A stretch of DNA of 64,000 nt from a virus: the IMG/VR virus record IMGVR_UViG_3300040815_002027. One strand, written 5' to 3'. Below are positions 10,210 to 20,723 of this stretch, in pieces. The notes beneath the pieces are model-generated. The model saw only the letters and a list, made by a program, of their open reading frames with translations. It ran no database searches and had not been told where the DNA came from. Each line of letters starts with the position of its first letter. Position 1 is the stretch's first letter. A program made the translations under genes and the position numbers.

Positions 10210-10593
10210 ATGAAACTTAAATTATTACTAGAACAACTTACCGAAGAGAGAGTAAATATATTAGAGGAGTTTGTAGACTACTGTACAAAAGAACTTAAAA
10301 TACAGAGACCTACTATGAAGTTAGTAAACTCTCAAAATTTTGCGAAGAAGTACAGAACCTTTGGACAATACTCCCCACAGGATAATACTTTAAAAGTATA
10401 TGTTTATAATAGAAACTTAGCTGATATACTTAGAACTATAGCACATGAATTAGTACACCATAAGCAGATGGGTAAAGGACAATTAGTCCCTGGAGCTGGA
10501 GAGACTGGTTCTCCCCAGGAAAATGAGGCCAATTCTTTGGCTGGAGTCTTACTAAGACATTACGGTAAAATTAATCCAAATATTTACGAATAA
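10210..10593 (+). CDS. HExxH zinc metallopeptidase-like protein with MKLKLLLE leader
   Basis: RTIAHELVHHKQ plus ENEAN. Confidence 0.7.
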   Translation: MKLKLLLEQLTEERVNILEEFVDYCTKELKIQRPTMKLVNSQNFAKKYRTFGQYSPQDNTLKVYVYNRNLADILRTIAHELVHHKQMGKGQLVPGAGETGSPQENEANSLAGVLLRHYGKINPNIYE

Positions 10594-10669
10594 TTTATTA
10601 TACTTTACCATAGTTGAATATAATTTAGTATATTTGTACCAGTTATTAATTTTTAAAAATAAAATATTT

Positions 10670-10867
10670 ATGGAATTTTATTTAGTTAAGTTTAAAGAAC
10701 AGTACGACACCGACAAAGGACCTAAATGGAGTACAAAGCAGTACTTGGTCAATGCAGTAAGCGTGGGAGATGCGGAAGCAAAGACAACTGAAAATCTTTC
10801 ACAACATGGTATTGAGTTTATGATAGTCTCTGTCTCTAAGAGTCCTATAGAAGAAATACTACAGTAA
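10670..10867 (+). CDS. DUF4494-like small protein
   Basis: QYLVNAVSVGDAEAK..I.SVSKSPIEE; ATG at 10670 lies after a TATATTTG element. Confidence 0.55.
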   Translation: MEFYLVKFKEQYDTDKGPKWSTKQYLVNAVSVGDAEAKTTENLSQHGIEFMIVSVSKSPIEEILQ

Positions 10868-11082
10868 TGTTTAGATCATTTTCAGAACCTTTAAAAGATT
10901 CACAAGGATCTATTTCATCAAAGAGGGTGGTTACTATAACCACTCTCTTGTTGATAGTCTTTTGTGTTTTTCTAGATTTGTTTACGTCCTTTAAAGTCTC
11001 AGAGTATATCTTTGACGGGTTAATGTGGATTGTTTTATCTGGTATGGGATTTATATCATCAGAAAAATTCGCTAAAAAATGA
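10867..11082 (+). CDS. Small two-TM membrane protein (holin-like?)
   Basis: SSKR followed by two hydrophobic segments. Confidence 0.45.
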   Translation: MFRSFSEPLKDSQGSISSKRVVTITTLLLIVFCVFLDLFTSFKVSEYIFDGLMWIVLSGMGFISSEKFAKK

Positions 11083-11453
11083 CAGAATCAGAATTAGTAA
11101 AAGATATTTTAGAGAAAGATATGTCCAAGATAATAAGTGTAGAGGACATACCTTGGCCGAAAAGATATTCAGATAAAGATAAGTACTATTTTTTATCTGA
11201 TTTAAAAGATTGTTATGAGCATATAGAAAACTATGATATGTGTAATTACATATCAAACTTAATTGTAAAACTAGGATTCGATGAAGAAGAGGATTTTTAA
11301 TAAAAAACTATCAGTAATAACGTTAGGCGTTAGTAAAGTGTGTATCCTATATACAGTAGATAGAAATAGTGGCAGACCAGTTAGTGCTGATCTGTTTTCT
11401 TTATTTTGGTTTCCGTTGTTATATGTATACTCTAAAACATTAAACTTATTTTT

Positions 11454-11684
11454 ATGAGTAGTTACTGCTTGAGACTGGAAACTTCTAAACAGATAGATGT
11501 TAATGTTATGACTCTTGTACTATGTACATACCTTCCTGTACCAGAGTCTCAAGCTGAACAAATATCAATGCTACTAAACAGAAACAAATCTATAGAGATT
11601 TTTACAGGGTATAGTAAATCTGATTTGGAAAAATACCAAAAGATCTTGAGTAAAAATGTTAAATGTGATATAATAAAAATTTAA
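11454..11684 (+). CDS. ClpS-like adaptor (degenerate)
   Basis: VLCTYL...QAEQISMLLNRNKSIEIFTG follows the ClpS helix pattern. Confidence 0.4.
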   Translation: MSSYCLRLETSKQIDVNVMTLVLCTYLPVPESQAEQISMLLNRNKSIEIFTGYSKSDLEKYQKILSKNVKCDIIKI

Positions 11685-11690
11685 ACTGTT

Positions 11691-12215
11691 ATGCATAATA
11701 GCAAAGCATACGAATTGTCAGAGGCTAAAATAAGGTATGCAATGGCTAATACTAAGTCAAATAGACAGGCGGCCAACTTTTTGAATGTTGCTTTTAATAC
11801 CTATAAAAAGTACGCAAGCATATATATCGACAAGGAGACTAGTAAGTCTCTATACGATCTTCATAAGAATATAGGACTAAAAGGAGGAAGAAAAGGTATA
11901 AGATCTCCCCAGGGTGGCCATGTAACTTCTATGGAGATAATAGAAGGTAAATTTCCTAAATACCCTCCAGGAAAACTAAAAGACAAACTACTACAGGACG
12001 GTCTATTAGAAGCTAAGTGCTATAATGAACTTTGTACTTTTAACAAAAATCCAGAGGAGAGGATAAAAGATAATAGCATACCTTTAAGACTAGACTGGAA
12101 AGATGGCGACATGACAAACCATAAACTAGATAACTTACAGTTACTATGCTATAACTGTTACTTCCTACAGGTAGGTAACTTGAATGGTAATATGAAAAAA
12201 TTTGAAGATTTGTAA
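11691..12215 (+). CDS. HTH + HNH-like endonuclease
   Basis: AANFLNVAFNTYKKYA HTH; C..C...LDWKDGDMTNHKLDNLQLLCYNC with W at the first HNH His position. Confidence 0.65.
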   Translation: MHNSKAYELSEAKIRYAMANTKSNRQAANFLNVAFNTYKKYASIYIDKETSKSLYDLHKNIGLKGGRKGIRSPQGGHVTSMEIIEGKFPKYPPGKLKDKLLQDGLLEAKCYNELCTFNKNPEERIKDNSIPLRLDWKDGDMTNHKLDNLQLLCYNCYFLQVGNLNGNMKKFEDL

Positions 12216-12565
12216 TGGAAGATATTTCTGACTTATATAGAAAACTAGGAGTAGTTGAGTATAACATCACCATATATACGGAGACTTTAAGACAACTACA
12301 AGAGACTAAAGAAACTATTTTATTAGAGATAGATAAACTAGAAGCTAAAAAAATAAAAGATGAAGGTGACAATATGGACAAGGCTGAATAATGTAAGGTA
12401 CATACATGAAGGTACTTGTGAGTATAGTTGGTTTATTAAAAACCCTACACAAGCCGATGCTGTACAGTTAGAGATTGATTATGATACTTTTTTTAATCTT
12501 TTAGATAATTTTGAGCATTATTTAGTTTTGTTTTGACTATTTATATAGTAGATACGTTTAACAAA

Positions 12566-13432
12566 ATGAGTTTAAAGAAAATAGTAAAAGAAGCCTTACA
12601 GGATAAGGATCTTTTTAAGAAGAATCTTTCTAAGATACAGTCTACTACTATAGATGCCAATGAGATGCCTAAAGGTATCACATCGTTCCCTAATGAGTTT
12701 AGGTTGGTTTTTGTCGATGCTCATTTAGCATTATTAAAACACTTTAAGAAAAAATATAAACTAAGAGGAGAGAAAGCTAGAGTGGAGAACTTAATGGATC
12801 AGTTAGGGGCGGAGAAACATGTTAGAATAAGCAGTTTGTATCCTCCATTTAAGATACTAAGAAAATCTGTACTTAACGCAAAGGGAGAGAACCAAGGTAG
12901 ACTTGCCAGAGTATTTCAGTACAAAAATAAGTTTATACCTTTAGATAGAGAGGACTTTCATATTATGGCTATAGATGCTATAGAGAATGATAAGTTATTA
13001 GGACCTTGTTCTGTTGTCGATTTATCTGATAGTACCAGAGAAGATATTGGGAATCCTTTGGGTGATATGACCAGGATGGAAAGAGTCTACCAGTTCTTGG
13101 AGATACCTAAAGAAGACGAAGTAAAAGATGAGCCAGACTTATACGATAAGGAAGGAGGAAAGTTGACTAAAAAACAGATAGACTTATTTAATAGACCTGG
13201 GGATGATGCTAGTGTAGATATAGGCTTTAAGAATCCTATCGACACTACAGCAAGCATACAAGGTTTAGACGATCTTGATAACTACGCTCATAAAGTAAGA
13301 GCTACTCTATTAATGATAAACAGAGCTAAGGCTACTCTAAAGAGAACTAAAGATCCTAAAAAGAAACGTAATATTATATCTAGTTTGAAGAAATGGCAAA
13401 ACTATAAAAATAGACTAATAGATAAACAATGA
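12566..13432 (+). CDS. Hypothetical protein with MSLKKIVKE leader
   Basis: ATG 12566 downstream of TATTTATA at 12538. Confidence 0.6.
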   Translation: MSLKKIVKEALQDKDLFKKNLSKIQSTTIDANEMPKGITSFPNEFRLVFVDAHLALLKHFKKKYKLRGEKARVENLMDQLGAEKHVRISSLYPPFKILRKSVLNAKGENQGRLARVFQYKNKFIPLDREDFHIMAIDAIENDKLLGPCSVVDLSDSTREDIGNPLGDMTRMERVYQFLEIPKEDEVKDEPDLYDKEGGKLTKKQIDLFNRPGDDASVDIGFKNPIDTTASIQGLDDLDNYAHKVRATLLMINRAKATLKRTKDPKKKRNIISSLKKWQNYKNRLIDKQ

Positions 13433-13833
13433 AAAAATTTATAGAAATACTAAAGTACGGGGATACTGAACCTTTAGAAATTGTTTTAGCTATTGTTCTC
13501 ATAGGACAGTTATGCCATCCTTCTCCTTCCATATTCTGCTGGCATAGTATACTGCCAGAGTATTATTATTTTTTAGGAGCATTGTCAGGAGCTGGTATGC
13601 TTTTTGGTAATATGTTAGGAAGTTTACAGGTTAGGAAGTGGAGTTCTAATATAGGCTTTGTTGTTATTCTAGGTATAATCGTCATATCTGCTTACAATGG
13701 TTTTACAGGTTTGCAGATGTACATAATATTGTTTGTTGAGTTTTTAGCATTGTTTTGGGTCACTTGGAGATGCAGTACATTAGAGGTTTTGCACCATTTA
13801 AAGACTTCCAAAACTCAAAAACAAAATGGATGA
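13429..13833 (+). CDS. Multi-TM membrane protein
   Basis: About four hydrophobic segments. Confidence 0.55.
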   Translation: MKKFIEILKYGDTEPLEIVLAIVLIGQLCHPSPSIFCWHSILPEYYYFLGALSGAGMLFGNMLGSLQVRKWSSNIGFVVILGIIVISAYNGFTGLQMYIILFVEFLALFWVTWRCSTLEVLHHLKTSKTQKQNG

Positions 13834-14140
13834 GAACTTATATACGGTATTAATAACTCTTATAACAGTTGCAGGTTCTGCGGGTGCGTGGAAATTTTAT
13901 GAGTCTAAACTAAAACTAAGAAGTAGAATAAGAGACTTAGATGTCAAAGAAGGTGTTTTGTTTAGAGAAGATTTGAGAGAAAGGGTTTCTCTATTAGAGA
14001 GTAAATTAGAAGAAAAAGAGCGGGAGAAAGAAGAACTACAAAACCAAATATCAGACTTAAAAACACAACTAGCTGAATATAAAGTAAGGTTAGAGTACTT
14101 AGAGAAAGACAATAGAAGGTTAAAGAATGCTAATAATTGA
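13826..14140 (+). CDS. TM plus coiled-coil protein
   Basis: N-terminal hydrophobic helix; heptad-rich C-terminus. Confidence 0.55.
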   Translation: MDENLYTVLITLITVAGSAGAWKFYESKLKLRSRIRDLDVKEGVLFREDLRERVSLLESKLEEKEREKEELQNQISDLKTQLAEYKVRLEYLEKDNRRLKNANN

Positions 14141-14780
14141 AGTAAATTTTAAGAAAAGAGAGTATATAGGATCTGGAGCAGAAGGAGATGTTTATGATTT
14201 TACTACAAAATCAGGTAAACTTCCAAGTGGTGTTATAAAGTTATATAATTTAGGAAGTTATAGCGGAGGTCTAAGAAGACTTCAGACTAAATACGAAACT
14301 CAGAGCAAGTACCCAGAATTGTTTGCAAGAGTATATAGAATCAGGCCTGGCAGTAAAAACCCTAACACTGCTTATGTTGTTATGGAAAAACTTGATACAA
14401 CTAGGATATCAAAAGCTATAGAGGCTCTTCAGAGTAGTATAAAAAAAATAATTAAAGACAATACATCTACTTTAAAGTTTACCGAGCCTTATAAGAGTTT
14501 ATATAATAGGTATAGGAGTGATTTTTTAGGAGGTATGTATGAGGAAATAGTAGAAGACGGCAATACTGATTTTATAGATTTTATAAAAGAGAATTTACCT
14601 ACTTCACAGTTAAATGTTTTAAGTAAACTAGAAGAGTATATCTATAAGATAAAAAATATAGCTAAAGATTTATTCGATAAATTTGAGTTTTTAGATGTTC
14701 ACTCAAATAATATAGGCATAGACACTAGTGGGAACATTAAGATGTTTGACTTTGTTACTTTATCAGATGTAAAAAACTAA
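14127..14780 (+). CDS. Protein kinase-like (ePK/APH fold)
   Basis: IGSGAEGDVY, VIK, VMEKL, DVHSNNI, MFDF. Confidence 0.75.
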   Translation: MLIIEVNFKKREYIGSGAEGDVYDFTTKSGKLPSGVIKLYNLGSYSGGLRRLQTKYETQSKYPELFARVYRIRPGSKNPNTAYVVMEKLDTTRISKAIEALQSSIKKIIKDNTSTLKFTEPYKSLYNRYRSDFLGGMYEEIVEDGNTDFIDFIKENLPTSQLNVLSKLEEYIYKIKNIAKDLFDKFEFLDVHSNNIGIDTSGNIKMFDFVTLSDVKN

Positions 14781-14787
14781 TTAAAAT

Positions 14788-15150
14788 ATGACACACCCAA
14801 AATCTGAACTTTACAACTATAAATGTAAATTACTTAGAGTAATTGATGGAGACACTATTGAGTGCGATGTTGATTTAGGTTTCTATACTTGGAGGAAAGT
14901 AATCCTGAGACTAGCTGATATAGATGCTCCTGAAATTAGAACTAAAGACTTACAAGAGAAAGAAGCAGGACTAAAGACTGCTTATATTTTAGAATTAAAA
15001 CTATTAGAGGAAAATCCAGAAGGTATTTTCTATATTAAATCTAACGGTGTTGATTCCTTTGGTAGGTCTATTGCTACTATCTTTACAGAGACTGGAGATG
15101 ACATCAATATGTATCTTTTGGAGTCAGGCAATGCAAAAGAATGGAAATAA
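14788..15150 (+). CDS. Thermonuclease (SNase family)
   Basis: RVIDGDT, RLADIDAPE, DSFGR. Confidence 0.9.
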   Translation: MTHPKSELYNYKCKLLRVIDGDTIECDVDLGFYTWRKVILRLADIDAPEIRTKDLQEKEAGLKTAYILELKLLEENPEGIFYIKSNGVDSFGRSIATIFTETGDDINMYLLESGNAKEWK

Positions 15151-15174
15151 TTTTTTAATTTAAATTTAATAGAT

Positions 15175-15342
15175 ATGAATGACAAAGCAAAAGGTTTAGG
15201 AGACACTGTAGAAAAAATCGCTAAAGCAACTGGTATGGACAAAGTTGCTAACAGTGTCGCTAAGGCTATGGGAAAAGAAGATTGCGGTTGCGGTAAAAGA
15301 AAAGAACAACTGAATCAAATATTCCCTTACAAGAATAAGTAG
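15175..15342 (+). CDS. Small conserved-type phage protein (55 aa; not in ORF track)
   Basis: MNDKAKGLGDTVEKIAKATG...DCGCGKRKEQLNQIFPY. Confidence 0.7.
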   Translation: MNDKAKGLGDTVEKIAKATGMDKVANSVAKAMGKEDCGCGKRKEQLNQIFPYKNK

Positions 15343-15479
15343 TCTAGTTTTAAACTACTTTGAATATAACCTGCCATGCCTCTCGTAAAACGGTTCTTTT
15401 GGCCAAAGGATATAGAAGCACACTTTGGCAGGTTTTCTCTTTTTAGGTATATTTATAGATGTACCTAAAACTTAAAAAC

Positions 15480-16427
15480 ATGTCTAATAAAGTATCCGTA
15501 CCGCCTTATATAATAAATGTACTTAACCCTATACTTCCTTTTTCGCAAACTGTTGATTGGGGATTAAAAAAACTAGGTATAGAAGACTTACATAAAAAAG
15601 GATATACAGGTAAGGGAGTAAAGATTGGTATCATAGACTCTGGTTGTGATTTATCTCATCCTGATCTTAAAATAGCTTCTTCGCAAGATTTTACAGGGTC
15701 AGGAACTCCTGAAGACTCTTCTGGTCATGGTACTCATGTTGCAGGTATAATAGCAGCACAAGGCAATAATCACGGTGTATTAGGTGTAGCTCCAGATTCT
15801 GAGATACATATATTTAAAGGACTTGATGGAGGCAGTGGGAATCTAAAGAGTATTACGTCCGCTTTAGATGCAGCCATAAATTCTGGAATGGATATAATAA
15901 ATATGTCTTTAGGTACTCCTTCTGATTCTAAAACACTGCATAAACTGATAAAAAAAGCTAAAGATAAAGGTATTATAGTAGTGGTAGCTTCTGGTAATAC
16001 AGGTAAGGATGAGGATTTTTATCCTGCATCTTATGAAGAGTGTGTAGCTGTTGGTGCTATTGATAATAGTTTTCAAGTAGCTTATTTTACAACATTTGGA
16101 GACCAGTTAGATGTGGTATCTCCAGGCGCAAAAATACTAAGTACGCACTTAAATGGAGGTTATGCAGTTCTATCTGGCACTTCTATGGCAGCACCTTTTG
16201 TCACTGGCTGTTTAGCTTTGATGAAGGAAGCAGGAATAGAACTAACTTATGAGACTATAACTAAATCTACTATAGACATAGAAGATCCTAGCTTCGACAT
16301 AAAGTCAGGGTATGGGATCTTAGATCCTAAGATACTCATACTAAATACTAAAACAGAAGTTAAAAGCGATACTAAATCTTTTAACTTATTTTCTAATTTT
16401 TTTTGCAAAAAAAAGAAATCTATTTGA
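15480..16427 (+). CDS. Subtilisin-family (S8) serine protease
   Basis: IIDSG, HGTHVAG, SGN, GTSMAAP catalytic motifs. Confidence 0.95.
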   Translation: MSNKVSVPPYIINVLNPILPFSQTVDWGLKKLGIEDLHKKGYTGKGVKIGIIDSGCDLSHPDLKIASSQDFTGSGTPEDSSGHGTHVAGIIAAQGNNHGVLGVAPDSEIHIFKGLDGGSGNLKSITSALDAAINSGMDIINMSLGTPSDSKTLHKLIKKAKDKGIIVVVASGNTGKDEDFYPASYEECVAVGAIDNSFQVAYFTTFGDQLDVVSPGAKILSTHLNGGYAVLSGTSMAAPFVTGCLALMKEAGIELTYETITKSTIDIEDPSFDIKSGYGILDPKILILNTKTEVKSDTKSFNLFSNFFCKKKKSI

Positions 16428-16483
16428 ATTGTAAAAAAATGTTACTATATTGCACTCCAAAGTTACGATTAAATAAAAAAGTT

Positions 16484-17251
16484 ATGGAATATTCAAAAAG
16501 TATATTTTCTTTGTTCGTATTCATTATGGGCTATTTAATAGGCTCTTATACACGAATGCCTAGCAGTGTGGCTTCTGAACCTACAACTACTATGTCTATT
16601 GTAGCTCCTCAAAAAGTTGGGGGAGAAGACCTACCAAAAGATAACTACATAGAAAAAGTAAATGACATAAAAGTAAAAAGTACTTTTAGTCAAGACCTAA
16701 ACAGTATTTTAGCAAAAGCTTATGAGAAGGATAGTATTCATGCTTACTATATTAATAGGTATGCTAAACTAGCTTTAATAGAAAAAGACTTATACGGATT
16801 TCCTGCATCAGTTAAACTAGCACAGTTTTTAGTTGAAGGAGGTTATGATGAGAAAAACCCTAACGGATCCAGGTTAGTCTTTGAAGGTAATAACCCTTTT
16901 GGTATAAAGTATTACGGTAATAATATACCTAAAAGAGTAGACAATTGGGAAGATTTGGCTTTTGTTAATGACTATGTACTTGCAAAAGATGATTGTCCAG
17001 ATAAGTGTAAGTTTATAAAGTTTAAAGGTATCTGGCACTCTTTTAGGTATCATAGCAAGTTTATGGTAGGGACTAAGAACGAGCCTTCTCATTATATGAG
17101 GTATGTGGGTAAAGGAGATTGGAAAGATTGGTTAGATGCTATAGACAAAGGAAACTATGCTACCTCTAATAACTATAAGAACTTACTATATCAAGTTATA
17201 ACTCAATATAACTTGTACCTATTAGATAATCACCAAAATGAAGGTATATGA
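16484..17251 (+). CDS. GH73 glucosaminidase-like peptidoglycan hydrolase with N-terminal TM
   Basis: PASVKLAQFLVEGG, NNPFGIK, YATSNNY. Confidence 0.8.
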   Translation: MEYSKSIFSLFVFIMGYLIGSYTRMPSSVASEPTTTMSIVAPQKVGGEDLPKDNYIEKVNDIKVKSTFSQDLNSILAKAYEKDSIHAYYINRYAKLALIEKDLYGFPASVKLAQFLVEGGYDEKNPNGSRLVFEGNNPFGIKYYGNNIPKRVDNWEDLAFVNDYVLAKDDCPDKCKFIKFKGIWHSFRYHSKFMVGTKNEPSHYMRYVGKGDWKDWLDAIDKGNYATSNNYKNLLYQVITQYNLYLLDNHQNEGI

Positions 17252-18601
17252 AAACTTTTGTAACTAAGTATACAACACCTAATGATCTTACAGAATGGTC
17301 TGGTCCTAATATTGTAGCACCTGATGTTAAGTCTGCTAAAAAGCATTTAGAGAAGTTAAGAGAAAACTATCCTACTATAGAATTGGTAGGGGAGTTAGTA
17401 GAGATTTTGGAGGAAGGGAAAGAAGGAAAACAGATTTTACACGATTAAATTTTTATTTTATGAAAAAGTTATTATTTTTGTTATCATTAGTTATGTTTAT
17501 GTCATCTTGTTCTGTGTATCCATCTTTAAGCAGTAACTTTAATGTTCCTCTTTCTGATAAGGTAGATTCTAGAATAAACGTAAACGCATCTAATAGATAT
17601 CTTAGTACAGATTTTAATATATCCATTAGAGGTAAACGTTCTACTTCTAATATAAGAATACCTGTTACTTTTAATAAATAATAATTATTATGAATCCATT
17701 TAATTTGTTTTTAACACTAGACTCCTCAGAAGAAAACTTCAAATCAGCTATGAAGTTAGAGGAGATTTTTAAATCTACTACAGAGAATCTAGAGAGCGGT
17801 TCTTTAGATAGTGATGACATCTTAATGACAGTATGTTATGCTTTAGTAGTTTACTACATTAATGCTTATACAGAAGGTATTTTGTATAGGGGAGAAGATC
17901 CAGCAGATGAACATACTTATAAGACCTTATTAGATATTGCAGAGGCCGTGTCAAAAAGATCTGAAGATTTAGAATACGATGTAGAAATTCTCACAAATTT
18001 GGCGGAGCTGAGAATAGCAGAACTTCATATAGTTAAATATTCCTATAATAGAAAGACAACAAGTATAGCATAATGCAATTAGTTATAGATAACTCAGACT
18101 TTTCTAAGAAAGGTATATTAGATGCCTTATATAACTACTCAGAAGGTATTAAAGAAGAGATGTACACTCAAGTATGTGGGCTAGTATACACTACTATGTT
18201 AAATAAGGTTATAGATAATTCTAAACATACTTTTACTTTTGAGAAAGGAGACTCAGATAACCTTTACATAAAAATTATAATGATAGAAATATATGCAAGA
18301 GGATAATATTTTTTTTATAGAGGATGAATTTATGGACTCTGATTTCATAATCAAGTCGAGAAGGTTTCATGAGTTCCTACTAAAAAATATATCCGATAAC
18401 ATAGAAAGTGGATTATACGGTACTCTTGAGTTTACTTTTATATCTAGTACCGATTATGTTATAGAAGGGAAGCTGCCTAAAGAAGGTTACAGTAAGAGTT
18501 TACAGACTAGTTTAGATTACTTTGTTAGTGAGGAGTTATATGAGTATGCTGCTAAATGTAAAAAGATATTAGATAAACTAAATAATTTACAAAATGATTG
18601 A
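17248..18601 (+). CDS. Five small hypothetical genes (17248, 17460 lipoprotein-like, 17690, 18073, 18293)
   Basis: Contiguous ORFs; lipobox-like MSSC in 17460; UVR-like YEYAAKCK in 18293. Confidence 0.55.
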
Positions 18602-18902
18602 AGAATTTGATACATTGATGGATCATGTAATAAGTTGGGCAGAAGCAAAGGATTTAATAAAAAAAGAAAATGCCACTAAGCAAATGTTAAAGGTAGTAGA
18701 AGAAGTAGGAGAAACTGCTGGAGCATTGGCCAAAGGAAAAGAAGATGCTATTAAAGATGGTATTGGAGATTCTTTTGTAACTTTAATTATATTAGCAAAA
18801 CAGTTAGGATATGAACCTAATGAGTGCTTGTCTAAAGCCTGGTATGAAATAAGAAACCGTACAGGTAAAACAGTTAATGGTGTATTTGTAAAAGACGAAT
18901 AA
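18594..18902 (+). CDS. MazG-like NTP pyrophosphohydrolase
   Basis: KVVEEVGE..DGIGD; RTGKTVNGVFVKD. Confidence 0.85.
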   Translation: MIEEFDTLMDHVISWAEAKDLIKKENATKQMLKVVEEVGETAGALAKGKEDAIKDGIGDSFVTLIILAKQLGYEPNECLSKAWYEIRNRTGKTVNGVFVKDE

Positions 18903-18946
18903 ATAGTTTATATTTGTAAAAGTTTTAATCATTAAAAATAATTATT

Positions 18947-19504
18947 ATGTCACAAATTGGATTTGGATCTAACAACGGAGTTGGGAGAAAATTAATTACA
19001 TTGAACATTAAAGACTTGCCCCCTCTTTTTGAACTAAAGGAGAAGGTGGACGATTCCTGGCAAACTACGGATAAGACTAACGAGATCGCTGGTTATTTGC
19101 AAAACGTACAAGTTTTAACCAAAACTAGTGATAAGTATGGAGATAAAAAGCAGGTAGTTTTAGATATGGATTTAGGAGATTTTCTTGCACGAGTTAGAGT
19201 TAACTTAAACTCTGTAGGTAAAGAGATTCTTAACAGAATGTCAAATTCTGATGACCTAAAAGGTTCTGTTTTAAAGATGAGAGTTTATGTTGATAAGAAG
19301 AACTATCCTAGTATTGTATGTTATAAGGATGATGAGATTATGCAATGGGGACTTACTACTGATCAAGTTAAATTAAATTTTGCACAAGAAGGTTTTTGGG
19401 TTTCTTTATATGAAACTAAAATTAGACCTCAATTTGATTCTACGGTAGTAACTGAAGAAGCTACTAGTGATTTAGATGACTTTATGAAAAATGTTAAACT
19501 GTGA
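18947..19504 (+). CDS. Hypothetical, possibly ssDNA-binding protein
   Basis: Beta-rich body and acidic DLDDF tail; weak. Confidence 0.35.
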   Translation: MSQIGFGSNNGVGRKLITLNIKDLPPLFELKEKVDDSWQTTDKTNEIAGYLQNVQVLTKTSDKYGDKKQVVLDMDLGDFLARVRVNLNSVGKEILNRMSNSDDLKGSVLKMRVYVDKKNYPSIVCYKDDEIMQWGLTTDQVKLNFAQEGFWVSLYETKIRPQFDSTVVTEEATSDLDDFMKNVKL

Positions 19505-20000
19505 CAATAGGCAAAGCTTTTGAATCTCAAATTAAGAATAATTTGCCAGCAACAGAGCAAGGTATTAGGGTTTTAATTAACCCTATATACCACTCTGGTA
19601 GAAAGATAAATGCTGGCGATATTGCTTTATGGGCTAAATTAAGAGAAGAAGATGGCTCTACGACTATAGTACTTATACATCCAGATGATATAAAGATGTA
19701 CTCTTTAGATAGAAAAGTTAAAAAAGTAGATCCAGACCTTCCTTGCATTGTTCTGAAAAATAAAAAATAAGTTATGTTATATTCAATATACGCAAGTCTT
19801 TGCGGTAAAGTGTATCTAGAGGAGTATACGGACCACGTTAAAGCGTACTCCAGATACTCGCAGTTATCTTATAAATTAGAAAAACTATCAAAAAATAAGT
19901 TAGAGATTAGTGATCTCTCTCACGAACTTTCTGAGAATTTAGACAAGCACTGTACGTCTTCTTTAGGTTTTGTTCACTGTGAGAAATTTGAGGGAGATTT

Positions 20001-20717
20001 ATGAAAACAGTAGTTCTTGGAGATATACACGGTTTAGGTGTATGGGAGTTAATAGTAGCTAAAGAATCTCCTGATAGAGTTATTTTCTTAGGGGACTATT
20101 TCGACTCTACAGAAGTAAGTACTTCTCAGCAAATAAATAACTACAATAAAATAGTAGAGTTTAAAAAAAGTGGCGGAGCAGACATAATAATGCTAGTAGG
20201 AAATCACGACTTTCATTATCTTCCTTACATAGACACAGACGATATAAGTGGTTTTCAGAGTCACAGTGAAGATGTGTTAAAGGAACTTGTAGGAAGTACT
20301 TTAAACAATCTTACAATGTGCTATAAACAAGGTAACTACTTATTCACACATGCAGGAGTTTCAGATAATTTCTTACTAAAAGCACAAATAAATTATAGTA
20401 GAGACACAATAGATTCTTCTATTAATACTTTATTTTTGAGTAATCCTCATATATTTGATTTTGATGAAGATTGTGAAGATGCTTCTGGAGATAATAAGGA
20501 GCAGTCCTGTATATGGATACGTCCTAGAAGTCTTATGAATAATTCTCATACTATAAAAAAAGACTATATTCAAATTGTAGGGCATACTACACAAAAGAGA
20601 GTAGATGTAAAAGGAGTAGCTACAGATGGGAGGTTCTATTTTTTAGATACTTTAAGAACTTCTGGACAGTACGGTATTATTGAGTTTAACAATATTACTT
20701 TTAACTCGTATAAATAA
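20001..20717 (+). CDS. Calcineurin-like metallophosphoesterase
   Basis: GDIHG, GDYFD, GNHD, THAG, GHT. Confidence 0.9.
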   Translation: MKTVVLGDIHGLGVWELIVAKESPDRVIFLGDYFDSTEVSTSQQINNYNKIVEFKKSGGADIIMLVGNHDFHYLPYIDTDDISGFQSHSEDVLKELVGSTLNNLTMCYKQGNYLFTHAGVSDNFLLKAQINYSRDTIDSSINTLFLSNPHIFDFDEDCEDASGDNKEQSCIWIRPRSLMNNSHTIKKDYIQIVGHTTQKRVDVKGVATDGRFYFLDTLRTSGQYGIIEFNNITFNSYK

Positions 20718-20723
20718 TAGGTT

